A DNA stretch of 41,079 nucleotides, taken from a virus. Taxonomy: Duplodnaviria > Caudoviricetes. Where the stretch lies: the IMG/VR virus record IMGVR_UViG_3300044533_000426, positions 1 through 41,079 of that record, one strand, 5' to 3'. The notes beneath the pieces are model-generated. The model was given only the letters and a program-made list of their open reading frames with translations. It was not told the origin of the DNA and did not search any database. Shown piece after piece: positions 27,662 through 37,294 of the stretch; positions within the stretch are counted from its first letter, which is position 1; the number at the start of each line of letters is the position of its first letter. The position numbers and the translations under genes were made by a program.

Positions 27662-27850
27662 TTATCTTTTAATCGAATCAGAATATTTCTTTGTATTCAA
27701 AGCACCACCTCTAGCTTTTGCTAAAGCTTTATCATCGGCTGATAAATCCAATCCACCATCTTTTTCAATTTTGGTTTTATCTCCACCTTTTAAATCGGCT
27801 TTACCTGTTGTTGGTACTCCGTTTTTGTAAATATCAATTATACTTGCCAT
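27662..27850 (-). CDS. Small basic hypothetical protein (62 aa)
   Basis: ORF preceded by the ATATTTATA motif and ending 3 nt before the next gene. Confidence 0.65.
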   Translation of the reverse strand: MASIIDIYKNGVPTTGKADLKGGDKTKIEKDGGLDLSADDKALAKARGGALNTKKYSDSIKR

Positions 27851-27872
27851 TTTTTTAGTATTTGTTTGTCTA

Positions 27873-27881
27873 TATAAATAT
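27873..27881 (-). promoter_or_regulatory. Putative phage late-promoter motif ATATTTATA
   Basis: Upstream of the start at 27850. Confidence 0.6.
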
Positions 27882-27885
27882 AACC

Positions 27886-28746
27886 TTATGTATCAAAACG
27901 AACAATGAAGTTCAACGGATAATCCGGCATTGATTTTATTGGTTGTGGTAATTTAGCAACAGCTACCATATTTAAGTCATCATCATATAATCCAATTGTT
28001 GTAATGTATGGTGCTAAATATGAACCAGTAGTATCCAACGAACTACTATAATCATATTCACCAAAGCCACTAAATACGTTAGGATTTACATTAGACTGTA
28101 TTGAATGTAATTTAATTTTACCAAATTTACCATCAGTATCATAATCTACGGCTGTTGGGTTTTGTGAAACATTAAATTCTGATTCCAATACTGATAAAAG
28201 TATTTCGTTTTCATAAATTGTTTTAGTAGAACGAAAGTTTAATGTATATTGAGATAATACAGAACCACTAACAATATCCCTTGTCAGTATAACCAATCCT
28301 CTATCATAAAATATATTACCAGCTACATTACTTCCAGAATCTATAAGATTTGAGTATCCATCATCTTCGTATATTTTACCACTTTGCTCATCTTCTAATC
28401 TTACACTACCAATCTTAACACCCTCTCCATAATATATTTGTGGGATGGATATTACTGCTAATTCATTATTTAGATTTCTTTCATCGGTAGACGTATATGA
28501 TTTTCGTAATCCAACTTCGGTTATTATTGATGCTGTATCTGCGTTTCTGTAAAATTGAGATTTTACCGATTCATACAATACTTTTTTGACAAACCCATGC
28601 GTTTTTTCATCAGAATTTACATCGATTAAGTTATTATCCGGCGTTTCTCCAAATAATGGATATACATCGTTCTCATCTAAAGTCCATTCTTTATAAACTT
28701 TGATTGGTCTTGTAATTATATCAGATTTAGGAATTTCTTTAATCAT
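27886..28746 (-). CDS. Putative tail/baseplate structural protein, paralog of 28824..30059
   Basis: GNIFYDRGLVIL, EFNVSQNPT and YITTIGLY...VAVAKLPQPI are shared with the upstream 411-aa protein. Confidence 0.7.
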   Translation of the reverse strand: MIKEIPKSDIITRPIKVYKEWTLDENDVYPLFGETPDNNLIDVNSDEKTHGFVKKVLYESVKSQFYRNADTASIITEVGLRKSYTSTDERNLNNELAVISIPQIYYGEGVKIGSVRLEDEQSGKIYEDDGYSNLIDSGSNVAGNIFYDRGLVILTRDIVSGSVLSQYTLNFRSTKTIYENEILLSVLESEFNVSQNPTAVDYDTDGKFGKIKLHSIQSNVNPNVFSGFGEYDYSSSLDTTGSYLAPYITTIGLYDDDLNMVAVAKLPQPIKSMPDYPLNFIVRFDT

Positions 28747-28759
28747 CTATTATTTTTTA

Positions 28760-28768
28760 TATAAATAT
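28760..28768 (-). promoter_or_regulatory. Putative phage late-promoter motif ATATTTATA
   Basis: Lies just after the terminator and upstream of the start at 28746, where a new promoter is needed. Confidence 0.65.
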
Positions 28769-28778
28769 TTCTTAAACT

Positions 28779-28800
28779 AAAAACCCCCTTTCGGGGGGTT
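28779..28800 (-). terminator. Intrinsic terminator
   Basis: Minus strand AACCCCCC-GAAA-GGGGG-TTTTT: a GC stem, a GNRA loop and a U tract, starting 24 nt after the stop of 28824..30059. Confidence 0.85.
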
Positions 28801-28823
28801 CTTATATTGTGTTTATTTTTTAA

Positions 28824-30059
28824 TTAGAATGATAATTTAACTTTAATAAGTACTTCCTTATCAAACGATTTAACTACCGGTTGTGATGTTTTTGCAACAG
28901 CTATCAACTCATTTGAATCATTATATAGTCCAATCGTTGTTATATATGTTTGAGGGTCGGTTTCAAATGTAGATTCTACAAAGAAACCATCCGCATCAAT
29001 ATATGTAGGATTATTAGAATAATTAAATTCTCTATTAGTTGCTCTTACAAAGAAATGTTGTGTAGAAATGTTTTCAGTTCGTCTTGCTTCAAAATCACCA
29101 CCTCTTTGGATTGCTTGTAATAATCTATATTGATTGAATTGCTCTGATGTTTGTAAATGCGAAGGTGATACACTACCACTTTGTATAAATGTACCATCTT
29201 TTGTGTAAATTGTTTGGTTTGCAATAGTACCTAATGTAGAACCAATTGCTTCAGCGTTAAGAACGATAATACCTCTATCAGGATAGAATAATCCCAAACC
29301 TTGTCCATTTGAACCGGTTGTTGTGTTTATTGTTGCTTCATTTTCAGTTCCTAAGTTTAATGAACCAGAAACTACTTTGAATACTCTACCACTCAATCCT
29401 AAATCATCTCCAAACTTCTTACCACTATTATCGATAAAAGTAAATGTACCATTTCCACCTGTTAATTTCAATGACCAGTTACCAGCATCCATTTTTTCTC
29501 TAAAACGGCTTCTAGCTACATTTATAACATAGATTGCATTTGCATCAACTTCAATACCAGATGCGTTTTCAAATGAAAATTTACTATCGGTTGGGTCTAA
29601 TAACATAGAACGATATTGTGCATAAGTTGCTTTAGTTGCAAGTAGTGCAGAATCGTTAGTTGCTAAATTCATAGAACCACTACCATTCACATGTCCGTAT
29701 GCAACTGCAAATTGAACTTCTGCAGAATCGGAAAATGCTATTGGGTTGTAATCATACACATTAGCGTAATAGTATCCGCTTGTTGCGGTAGTTTGTGCAG
29801 ATGCTGTAAAGAATTGTGCTAAAGAACCAGAATCCCCAGACCATAATCCGGTTGTTACTACTTCTATTTTAGCGTTTACTTTATCAAAATCACCAAATCT
29901 CTTATAGATACCAGTAGCTACTCCAGCTCCGGTTGAAATTTGCTGTCCCGCTGGTAATACAGAGTTAAGCAAGGTTACTAACTGATTTGAATCAATCGTA
30001 CCTGTATTTGCCAAATCTCTAATTTGGGCGGTTATATTCGGGTCATTAATTAGTGCCAT
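28824..30059 (-). CDS. Putative tail/baseplate structural protein (411 aa)
   Basis: Beta-rich and Ser/Thr/Gly-rich, with C-terminal YITTIGLYNDSNELIAVAKTSQPVVK. It lies in the baseplate cluster. Confidence 0.7.
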   Translation of the reverse strand: MALINDPNITAQIRDLANTGTIDSNQLVTLLNSVLPAGQQISTGAGVATGIYKRFGDFDKVNAKIEVVTTGLWSGDSGSLAQFFTASAQTTATSGYYYANVYDYNPIAFSDSAEVQFAVAYGHVNGSGSMNLATNDSALLATKATYAQYRSMLLDPTDSKFSFENASGIEVDANAIYVINVARSRFREKMDAGNWSLKLTGGNGTFTFIDNSGKKFGDDLGLSGRVFKVVSGSLNLGTENEATINTTTGSNGQGLGLFYPDRGIIVLNAEAIGSTLGTIANQTIYTKDGTFIQSGSVSPSHLQTSEQFNQYRLLQAIQRGGDFEARRTENISTQHFFVRATNREFNYSNNPTYIDADGFFVESTFETDPQTYITTIGLYNDSNELIAVAKTSQPVVKSFDKEVLIKVKLSF

Positions 30060-30074
30060 TTTATATATCTATTT

Positions 30075-30698
30075 TTATGCTTTATAAGTTACAGCCACTG
30101 GAATTGTTTCTGAACCACCTGTTTCATTTCCGTATACTGTTATTGTTGTTGAAATATCAATTGTCAAGTTTGGATTTGGTGTAAATCTAAATTCTAAACC
30201 ACTTACCACTTGCGCAGTTGTTGTAATTTCTTCTCCTAAGAAAACAGGAACACTTCCAACATTGGTAGCCCCTCTAGTCACAGTAATAGTACCAGCTCTT
30301 TGGTCAGTTAATACTACGGTGTATCCAGCGTTTGTATTTCCAGATGGAGATGTTGTTGGAGTTAGTCCTACACCACCTTCAGTTTGATTAACTGCGATAG
30401 ATGGTACACCAAATCTAACAACAGGAATTTGAGTTGTTCCTTTTGGAAGGGTAACTAATTTATATCTTAATACTTGAGTTTCATCAGGACTAGCTTCCGT
30501 AATAGGAATAGCTCTAATTGCTGAATCATAATAAGCAGAACCTTTTGGATGCGCTGGTTCGTAAAGCGTATAATCAATCTCATCATCACCCAAAGAAAAC
30601 TTTGAAATGTTTAGTGATTGACCGGATGCCAATTTTTGTCTTCCTTTTTTGGTAAGAATTGCATCTACTGTAATTTCGGTATTATCTAAATATGCCAT
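30075..30698 (-). CDS. Putative baseplate/tail structural protein
   Basis: AILTKKGRQKLA...ISKFSLGDDEIDY at the N-terminus. The likely start is the ATG at 30698 (MAYLDN), downstream of the 30732-30740 motif, rather than the ORF-track start at 30746. Confidence 0.7.
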   Translation of the reverse strand: MAYLDNTEITVDAILTKKGRQKLASGQSLNISKFSLGDDEIDYTLYEPAHPKGSAYYDSAIRAIPITEASPDETQVLRYKLVTLPKGTTQIPVVRFGVPSIAVNQTEGGVGLTPTTSPSGNTNAGYTVVLTDQRAGTITVTRGATNVGSVPVFLGEEITTTAQVVSGLEFRFTPNPNLTIDISTTITVYGNETGGSETIPVAVTYKA

Positions 30699-30731
30699 TT
30701 GATATTGTTTTTTTAATTCTTTATTATCTAA

Positions 30732-30740
30732 AATAAATAT
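30732..30740 (-). promoter_or_regulatory. Putative phage late-promoter motif ATATTTATT
   Basis: Upstream of the likely start at 30698. Confidence 0.55.
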
Positions 30741-30761
30741 AACCAATTAATATTTTCATTC

Positions 30762-33700
30762 TTAATCCACTTCAAGTATTGGTTCACCACTACCTCTACC
30801 TGTCTTAGCCACTCTAAGGATGTTAGGATTCGTAGTAAATGTTTCCACTGGAGATAACCCATCCGGTGTAGTTGCGGTTGTTTGATATGAACCTTTGAAG
30901 TAAGAACGCTGTAATCCTTCCGATAAATTATTCTTAAAACGATAGTGTGTTGGTAGATATCCATTTATAGATTGTACCTCTACAATATCATTTCCAATTT
31001 CAATACTACCACTAAAAGGTAAAACCGAAACTCTGTACTTATTTCGTATTACAGGTTGTTTTCTATATCTAACTTGGTCACCTGGTTGGTATCCAGCTAC
31101 TGGATATCCAGATATTTGTACTTGTTCGAATTCGGTATATTGCTCTTTAACTAAGAACATAGATTTTCTACTTCCAGTTGTTTCCGAATTACCGAATACA
31201 CCTTCCCAATATCTAACCAAACCATTACCCTTTTTAGCGTATAATCCAAATCCCGCATTTGCCAATGAATCCCTTTCCATTCCGATTTGCGTAGATGAAA
31301 ATACATCCACACTACCAAGTAAAGTTTCTCCAGTTGGACAGAATATATTAGCAGAACCCGTATTTGGATATGTAGGAAATTCCGTATTTAGATTATCACT
31401 TAAATTATATACTATACTACTATGATATGAGGGATTTGTACCTTCCAATAGTATATTATCGTTTGCTTCAACTATTGTATCATAGTTTGGTAAATCTACA
31501 TTCAATTCAGTTAAATCTTTTAAATCCAAAACGGAATTTTTAACCAAATACTCTAAGTCTATTTTAGTATCATCTCTAGTATCCACAGTTGTATCATAAT
31601 CATTTTTTAATGATTCTGCTTTTCTCCAACTAGTTTTACTTCTTTCTAAATAGTGTGGTTCAATTAACAATCCTTTTGATACTTTTGCTCTAGCTGGTGC
31701 TAAATCTGCTAAAACATCAAATAAAGATTTATCAATATATTTTACTAAACGAATATATTCATAGATATCTCTATTTGCGAGTCTTTCAAAATAGTATTCT
31801 CTCAAATTTTCCAACTCTTTATATGAATCTTTATATTCATCCGATGGGTCACCAATATAGTTATCAATATTAAAATCACCAAATGCTTTTAAGATATCCA
31901 TATTCAATTCTTTTGTTGGTGAAAAGAATAATCCTAAACGATTTGTATCTATTGGTGCTTGGTCAAATGCTTTTTTAGTTGCTCTAGTTTTGTATGATAA
32001 ATCAGTAACCAATGATGCTGATTCAAATCTTATTTTATTAGAATATGTTAATCCCAATGATGGTACATTAGCTGTTACTGTTCTATCGTATGGAGTGTAT
32101 TGATATGGGTATATTGGTGCAGACCACATATTACTTGCTGATGCAAATTGTTCACCATAACTCTCATTGATTGCTACGTTTTTAATATTAGCGTCTAAAT
32201 TTCTATCTTTTGGATATTCAAAATCCAAACGGAATACTAAATCTGCAGTAGATGCTGTAAATGAATTACCATTAATTGCGTCTGGAAATAGTGTGTGATT
32301 TTCAAACTTACTTCTTTGCAATGGCGTTTTCCATAAACGGAATTCATCTAAATTACCATCAAAGCCATTACCACCAATTTGTAAATAAGAACCAGTTTCC
32401 CATTGAGTATCATCCGTTGCTAATGACATACTAACAAATGTAGTTATTCTACTTCCATTTGATGTAGCTAACCATACTTCAAACCAAGAAGATGAATCGG
32501 GACTATTATGTCTATTAATTAATACGTTTGTATAGTTTTCCGTTGATATAGGAAAATCTAAACTTCCTGTTTTTAAATCAGGACCATAAGCGTATGGTTC
32601 ATCATCTATATATGCTATATAGTATTCAGCAGTATTTGATATACTTTCAGAAAAATAAGTACTGGTTGATTGGTCACCACCAAAATTTAATTCTAATTTT
32701 GCAAATGAACCCGTTGTTTTTACCAAATCTAAACTCCATTCACTTCCCGATATCAATGTATATATTGGGTTTGGTGTTGTTGTTGGCTTTATTCTAAACT
32801 CAACTGCATTTGGATAATCACCAAATCCAGATATTACTTTCCAAGGTATGTTTACCTTCGAGTCTTCTTTTAAATAAAGTGCTGCCGTTCTATCATCGAA
32901 TGTAAATTGCGTACTTCCCCCCTTTGTTGGGTCTTGAGGTCCACCAAATTCCATTATTGTCAACATAGATTGAGGTACACCATAACAAGCCATTACAGCT
33001 TTCATAGCTCTACCAGTTCCTTTATGTTTTAATAGATATGGTAAGTTATTTAAGATTCTTCTCCAAACTTCGTTATTAGCATCTTCCAAACTTCTTCCAT
33101 ATTTCTGGCCACCTTCCTCGTTAGTACCAAATGCATACTCCCATAGGAATTGAGAATCAAATGCTCTCTTTCCTTTCCAGCCCATAGAATCTAACATTTG
33201 ATATACCATAGCGTTTGATATACCAATATCTTGTTTATGTTCTAAATTTTTATTAGCTTTTAATGCATTTATATAACACCACAACACATCAAAGTGCTGA
33301 CCAATCATATCTAAAAATAATAAGAAATCTGAATTCTGATAGTCTTCTATCAAATATTCAGGCATATTATTTTTCATAGAGTTTATATTATCCGCATCAT
33401 AAGTTCCTCCACTATTAGTTGCATATTCAAACCAACTAACCGAATCGTTATCATTCCATGTTTTTAAAACTCTATATGTTAATCCATTAGGTGCTAAATA
33501 ATTTTGTTTTGGGAATGCCAATAAATCTTCAGTTTTATATAACCATTTTTCAAATCCATCAAATCCTTTTAATAAATTATTTATTTTAGTTGCTAATCTT
33601 TCAATTTCACCTAATTGAGAAAATCCTTTGTCACCAGAATAAACCTCCCAATTTAGTGTATATAAAGAATCTTCAGTAACTATATCATCACCACCTTCGG

Positions 33701-36002
33701 TTAATATAGCAGCGTCTATAACTTGGTATGGTGGTGTAAATGTTGTAGCTAATAAAGCTTGATATTTAAATCTTAAATCTTCTAATATTTTTATCTTATA
33801 ATAAAAGTTATTAACTCTTTCTTCGGCAGAACCAAAGTGTACAAAATTACTCCAACTATATTCAGAACCAATTACATATTGTATATTTAATTTTTCAGTA
33901 TCAATTGCATTTTGTTCAGCAAATTTATTTATTAAATCAGTCGAAGTATATGAACCACTTGCTATAAGTTCATCATATACTTTGAATCCAATACCATTAT
34001 CGGGTTCTAAAGAAAAATTAGGCCCTTTTAATGGTGGGCAAAATGATGTATCAACTCCACTTATAGTTATCGTTTCAACTATTGGGTCAGCTTGTAATTT
34101 AGAAATCCAAACTTGTTGATTTGGTTGAACTGATGTTGGTAATGGTTCATATAGTTTTAAAATTAGAGAACCCTCACTACCAGTCCAAGTTGTAATTACT
34201 TTATTATCACCATTTCCTAAATGTAATAAATGTGTAAGATACTTAGATGAATCTATTTGAAAAGGTCTATCATCAAATTGATTTACAAATCCTTCTACTA
34301 ATCTACTTATGGCAACTTCTCTTGGAATCGTTAAATCGCCTTTATCAAAATTTATAGTTATTACTTCCGTCTTACCAACAACAACTTCCTTACCACTTTC
34401 GTTATATGGTACTAATTTTAAAATTATTGATATTTTATCGGTATCTTCAAATGTTTGAGATGAATCTAAATCTAAAAGTTGTTGAAAATTTAAAACAACA
34501 TTTCCACTAGCAGGAGCTTTAATAAATTTATCACTTCCAACTTTATATATTCTTACATAATCAGTACTTACTGAATCATACGATACATTAAAATTTACAT
34601 TAGTACCAACATAATCAGGCCCAAATAGTTCTGATGGATAATTTATGTTTCTGATATCAGGAACACCTACCCAAATATCTTTAGTTGCATTAATTGTTAA
34701 TTCTAAAGATTCACCATCACCTCTTGTATTGGATGGAACTATAATTATTTTATATACACCAATATCGGAAAATGCATACGGTGGTAATGATATGACAAAT
34801 TCATTTTCTACCGGTACATTGTATTCTAATTCTTTTTGATTAACATAAACCTTTATAGATTGTATGTTAGTTTCTTTTACCAAACCAATAGGAATTGGTG
34901 CACCAGAATTTAAATTATATAATCTTTTTGTTTCTGCATTACTTAATCTAAGGATTGCAAAATCTTCTAAAATTGGTTCAACAACGGCTTCCGATGTAAT
35001 GTTTATAATATCCCCTTCTACGGCCTCAAATCTAAATGATAAACTTTCGTTTGATTGTGCAGTTAAATCCTGAACTATTTCAGTATTTCGTATTAATTGT
35101 ATAGATGTAATTCTATATAACGATTTATCAGCAGTTCTTATTAAACTAGGTCTATCTGATTTAATAGGAACTTCAGTAGTTCCGTTTGTAATCCTTTGTA
35201 CACCATCACTAAGTGATATCGCTTTTTTATTGATAAATTCTACACTATTATCAATACCATTTAAATTTATTTTTATTTTACTTTCAGATGGAATTGGGTC
35301 TACAATTATAGGGTCTTCTTTTTTTATTAGAAAATCATTAAAATCTAATACCTGTATTTTGTCATCTATGTTATAATTAAATTCTTGTAATACATCGTTT
35401 TTATAGTATTCAATTTTTATAGTAAATAATGGTGTAGATGAATACACCATAGATGCATTTGATAAATCAAGTAGGCCTCTAGTTGTATAATTTACTAAAC
35501 TATCGTAAGGATTTACATTTATCCCAAAATCGTAATTTGGATTTTGAACAACACTTACTACATATTTTTCATTTGAAGTATATCCTTCTTTTTGCAAAGT
35601 AACAACTGCAGATGATAATGAAAGTTCACTTATTGTTTTTCTAAATGTATGTGGAGTTGTTTTGAAAATATTTTCATTACTTATAAAAATAGATGCATTG
35701 GAAACATTAGATGATACTCTAAATGTATATGATGAATCACTATTAGCCAACCCAGGTTGACTTGTTATTGGTACATAGGGAGTTTCTCCATTTTGTGATG
35801 GTTCACTTGGAGTGGTAATTGCATCACTTGGTACAGGTATAACAATCCCAGTAAATCCATAATCATCAGCACCTTTGACATCAGATGAACCACCCGCACC
35901 AGCACCACCCCCATAGGATATACCAGATACAGGTTCCGAGTCACTTAGTAAATAACTATTGTATTCGGAATTAAAATTTTGCTCATCGTTTCTTTCTGCC
36001 AT
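30762..36002 (-). CDS. Large baseplate wedge/tail protein (1746 aa) with a P2 gpI/T4 gp7-like segment and a LamG-like domain
   Basis: FLDMIGQHFD...RRILNNLPYLLKHKGTGRAM (KGT motif of gpI-type wedge proteins) and GFDGNLDEFRLWKTPL (LamG-like). Baseplate context. Confidence 0.7.
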   Translation of the reverse strand: MAERNDEQNFNSEYNSYLLSDSEPVSGISYGGGAGAGGSSDVKGADDYGFTGIVIPVPSDAITTPSEPSQNGETPYVPITSQPGLANSDSSYTFRVSSNVSNASIFISNENIFKTTPHTFRKTISELSLSSAVVTLQKEGYTSNEKYVVSVVQNPNYDFGINVNPYDSLVNYTTRGLLDLSNASMVYSSTPLFTIKIEYYKNDVLQEFNYNIDDKIQVLDFNDFLIKKEDPIIVDPIPSESKIKINLNGIDNSVEFINKKAISLSDGVQRITNGTTEVPIKSDRPSLIRTADKSLYRITSIQLIRNTEIVQDLTAQSNESLSFRFEAVEGDIINITSEAVVEPILEDFAILRLSNAETKRLYNLNSGAPIPIGLVKETNIQSIKVYVNQKELEYNVPVENEFVISLPPYAFSDIGVYKIIIVPSNTRGDGESLELTINATKDIWVGVPDIRNINYPSELFGPDYVGTNVNFNVSYDSVSTDYVRIYKVGSDKFIKAPASGNVVLNFQQLLDLDSSQTFEDTDKISIILKLVPYNESGKEVVVGKTEVITINFDKGDLTIPREVAISRLVEGFVNQFDDRPFQIDSSKYLTHLLHLGNGDNKVITTWTGSEGSLILKLYEPLPTSVQPNQQVWISKLQADPIVETITISGVDTSFCPPLKGPNFSLEPDNGIGFKVYDELIASGSYTSTDLINKFAEQNAIDTEKLNIQYVIGSEYSWSNFVHFGSAEERVNNFYYKIKILEDLRFKYQALLATTFTPPYQVIDAAILTEGGDDIVTEDSLYTLNWEVYSGDKGFSQLGEIERLATKINNLLKGFDGFEKWLYKTEDLLAFPKQNYLAPNGLTYRVLKTWNDNDSVSWFEYATNSGGTYDADNINSMKNNMPEYLIEDYQNSDFLLFLDMIGQHFDVLWCYINALKANKNLEHKQDIGISNAMVYQMLDSMGWKGKRAFDSQFLWEYAFGTNEEGGQKYGRSLEDANNEVWRRILNNLPYLLKHKGTGRAMKAVMACYGVPQSMLTIMEFGGPQDPTKGGSTQFTFDDRTAALYLKEDSKVNIPWKVISGFGDYPNAVEFRIKPTTTPNPIYTLISGSEWSLDLVKTTGSFAKLELNFGGDQSTSTYFSESISNTAEYYIAYIDDEPYAYGPDLKTGSLDFPISTENYTNVLINRHNSPDSSSWFEVWLATSNGSRITTFVSMSLATDDTQWETGSYLQIGGNGFDGNLDEFRLWKTPLQRSKFENHTLFPDAINGNSFTASTADLVFRLDFEYPKDRNLDANIKNVAINESYGEQFASASNMWSAPIYPYQYTPYDRTVTANVPSLGLTYSNKIRFESASLVTDLSYKTRATKKAFDQAPIDTNRLGLFFSPTKELNMDILKAFGDFNIDNYIGDPSDEYKDSYKELENLREYYFERLANRDIYEYIRLVKYIDKSLFDVLADLAPARAKVSKGLLIEPHYLERSKTSWRKAESLKNDYDTTVDTRDDTKIDLEYLVKNSVLDLKDLTELNVDLPNYDTIVEANDNILLEGTNPSYHSSIVYNLSDNLNTEFPTYPNTGSANIFCPTGETLLGSVDVFSSTQIGMERDSLANAGFGLYAKKGNGLVRYWEGVFGNSETTGSRKSMFLVKEQYTEFEQVQISGYPVAGYQPGDQVRYRKQPVIRNKYRVSVLPFSGSIEIGNDIVEVQSINGYLPTHYRFKNNLSEGLQRSYFKGSYQTTATTPDGLSPVETFTTNPNILRVAKTGRGSGEPILEVD

Positions 36003-36025
36003 TTTTACTATGTTATCCTTTAATT

Positions 36026-36034
36026 TATAAATAT
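36026..36034 (-). promoter_or_regulatory. Putative phage late-promoter motif ATATTTATA
   Basis: Upstream of the start at 36002. Confidence 0.6.
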
Positions 36035-36035
36035 C

Positions 36036-37283
36036 CTACCGAATGTTTTCTCTTTGATTCATATCTCTCTCAAACACCTGCTCTCTACCAAATCCAGTTC
36101 CAAAATCTCTTTCAATATAGCCGCCGCCTCCACCGCCTCCTCCAGAATATACAGGTGGGGTTGGTTCGGTATATGGTGGGTCACCAACAGGTGTTTCAAT
36201 TGGTGGTTTTGGCAATGATGGTTCGTCCGGTGGAGGTGGTGGAATTTCTTTTTCCAATTCCTTTTCAAAAACTAAAGCTTTTTCATCTATTATTTGTTTC
36301 TCTATTGTAACAATTTTTCTTGCAGGAGATTGAGTATCTATTAAAATATCAGTCTCATATCTCTGCATAACCTTACCAACATCATCTAAACTTTCTTCAA
36401 GACCAACTCTTTGTGTAACATCTCTCTTTACATCTAATTGAGTTAAATAAAAATCTACCGATTTTGCTAATAATAATTTACAACTTTCTTTTATTTCATT
36501 TTTAGATAAATCAAGTTTTGGTCTTGTAGTTAATGGTTTACCATAACTATTACTTCTTATATCAGAATTTCTATTGGTAAAATAATATCCAGCAGACTCT
36601 ATAAATTTAGTATGGATTTTAGCTATCAAAGATTCAAAATCGGCAATTTTATATTCTGCTCTAAATTTATCAAACCATTCTCTTGAATATTTATTTCTTA
36701 TAAAATCTGATATTGATGTAGGTGTTATTTTATCTAAAAAAACAAATGCAGAGTTTATTATATCATCTCTGAATTGTTGGTTTTGAATAAACATACTATA
36801 TCGTTTTTCCAATTCCGTATTTGTAAATCCAGAATTTTTTATAGGAAATAATCTAACTTCAGTACGAGATGGTGATATTTCAGAAACCCATAATTTATCT
36901 TGGGGTTGTTCACTACCAACTCTTTTATTTAATAAAGTTATTTGTGTTTTAAATATACCATTATCGTATCCGGCTTCTCGTAATAATCTTTCAACATCTA
37001 TAAAATATTCAGATGGGAATTGATTTTTTTCAAATAATGTACCTTCTGCTACTAAAAAATAATCTCTTATATTTTCGGTAGATAATGTTACATATCTAAT
37101 TAACTTATCATCCTTTTGTGGTAATTGATTATCATTGATATCATATACAATAAATTCAATAGCATCTTTATCACCAAACCCAAAAAAAGATTGTAGATTT
37201 CCTTCCTCAAAAATTTTTCTATCTTTTGAGTTAATTCGGTATCCTTTATAATCTATAATATCTTTAAACTTCTTTACTGCCAT
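36036..37283 (-). CDS. Hypothetical structural protein with a Pro-rich and poly-Gly C-terminal tail
   Basis: 415-aa ORF inside the baseplate operon; tail PPPPPDEP...YSGGGGGGGGY. Confidence 0.7.
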   Translation of the reverse strand: MAVKKFKDIIDYKGYRINSKDRKIFEEGNLQSFFGFGDKDAIEFIVYDINDNQLPQKDDKLIRYVTLSTENIRDYFLVAEGTLFEKNQFPSEYFIDVERLLREAGYDNGIFKTQITLLNKRVGSEQPQDKLWVSEISPSRTEVRLFPIKNSGFTNTELEKRYSMFIQNQQFRDDIINSAFVFLDKITPTSISDFIRNKYSREWFDKFRAEYKIADFESLIAKIHTKFIESAGYYFTNRNSDIRSNSYGKPLTTRPKLDLSKNEIKESCKLLLAKSVDFYLTQLDVKRDVTQRVGLEESLDDVGKVMQRYETDILIDTQSPARKIVTIEKQIIDEKALVFEKELEKEIPPPPPDEPSLPKPPIETPVGDPPYTEPTPPVYSGGGGGGGGYIERDFGTGFGREQVFERDMNQRENIR

Positions 37284-37294
37284 TTTAATTTATT

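Noticed and set aside
1525-36034. Plus-strand TATAAATA read as canonical T4 late promoters
   Set aside because: On that strand they point away from the adjacent starts into antisense sequence. The TATAAGTA variants and the consistent spacing to minus-strand ATGs favour the opposite orientation.
36121-36243. GC-rich low-complexity tract as a phase-variable repeat or G-quadruplex
   Set aside because: It is explained by in-frame poly-Gly and poly-Pro coding with mixed synonymous codons and is not a perfect tandem repeat.
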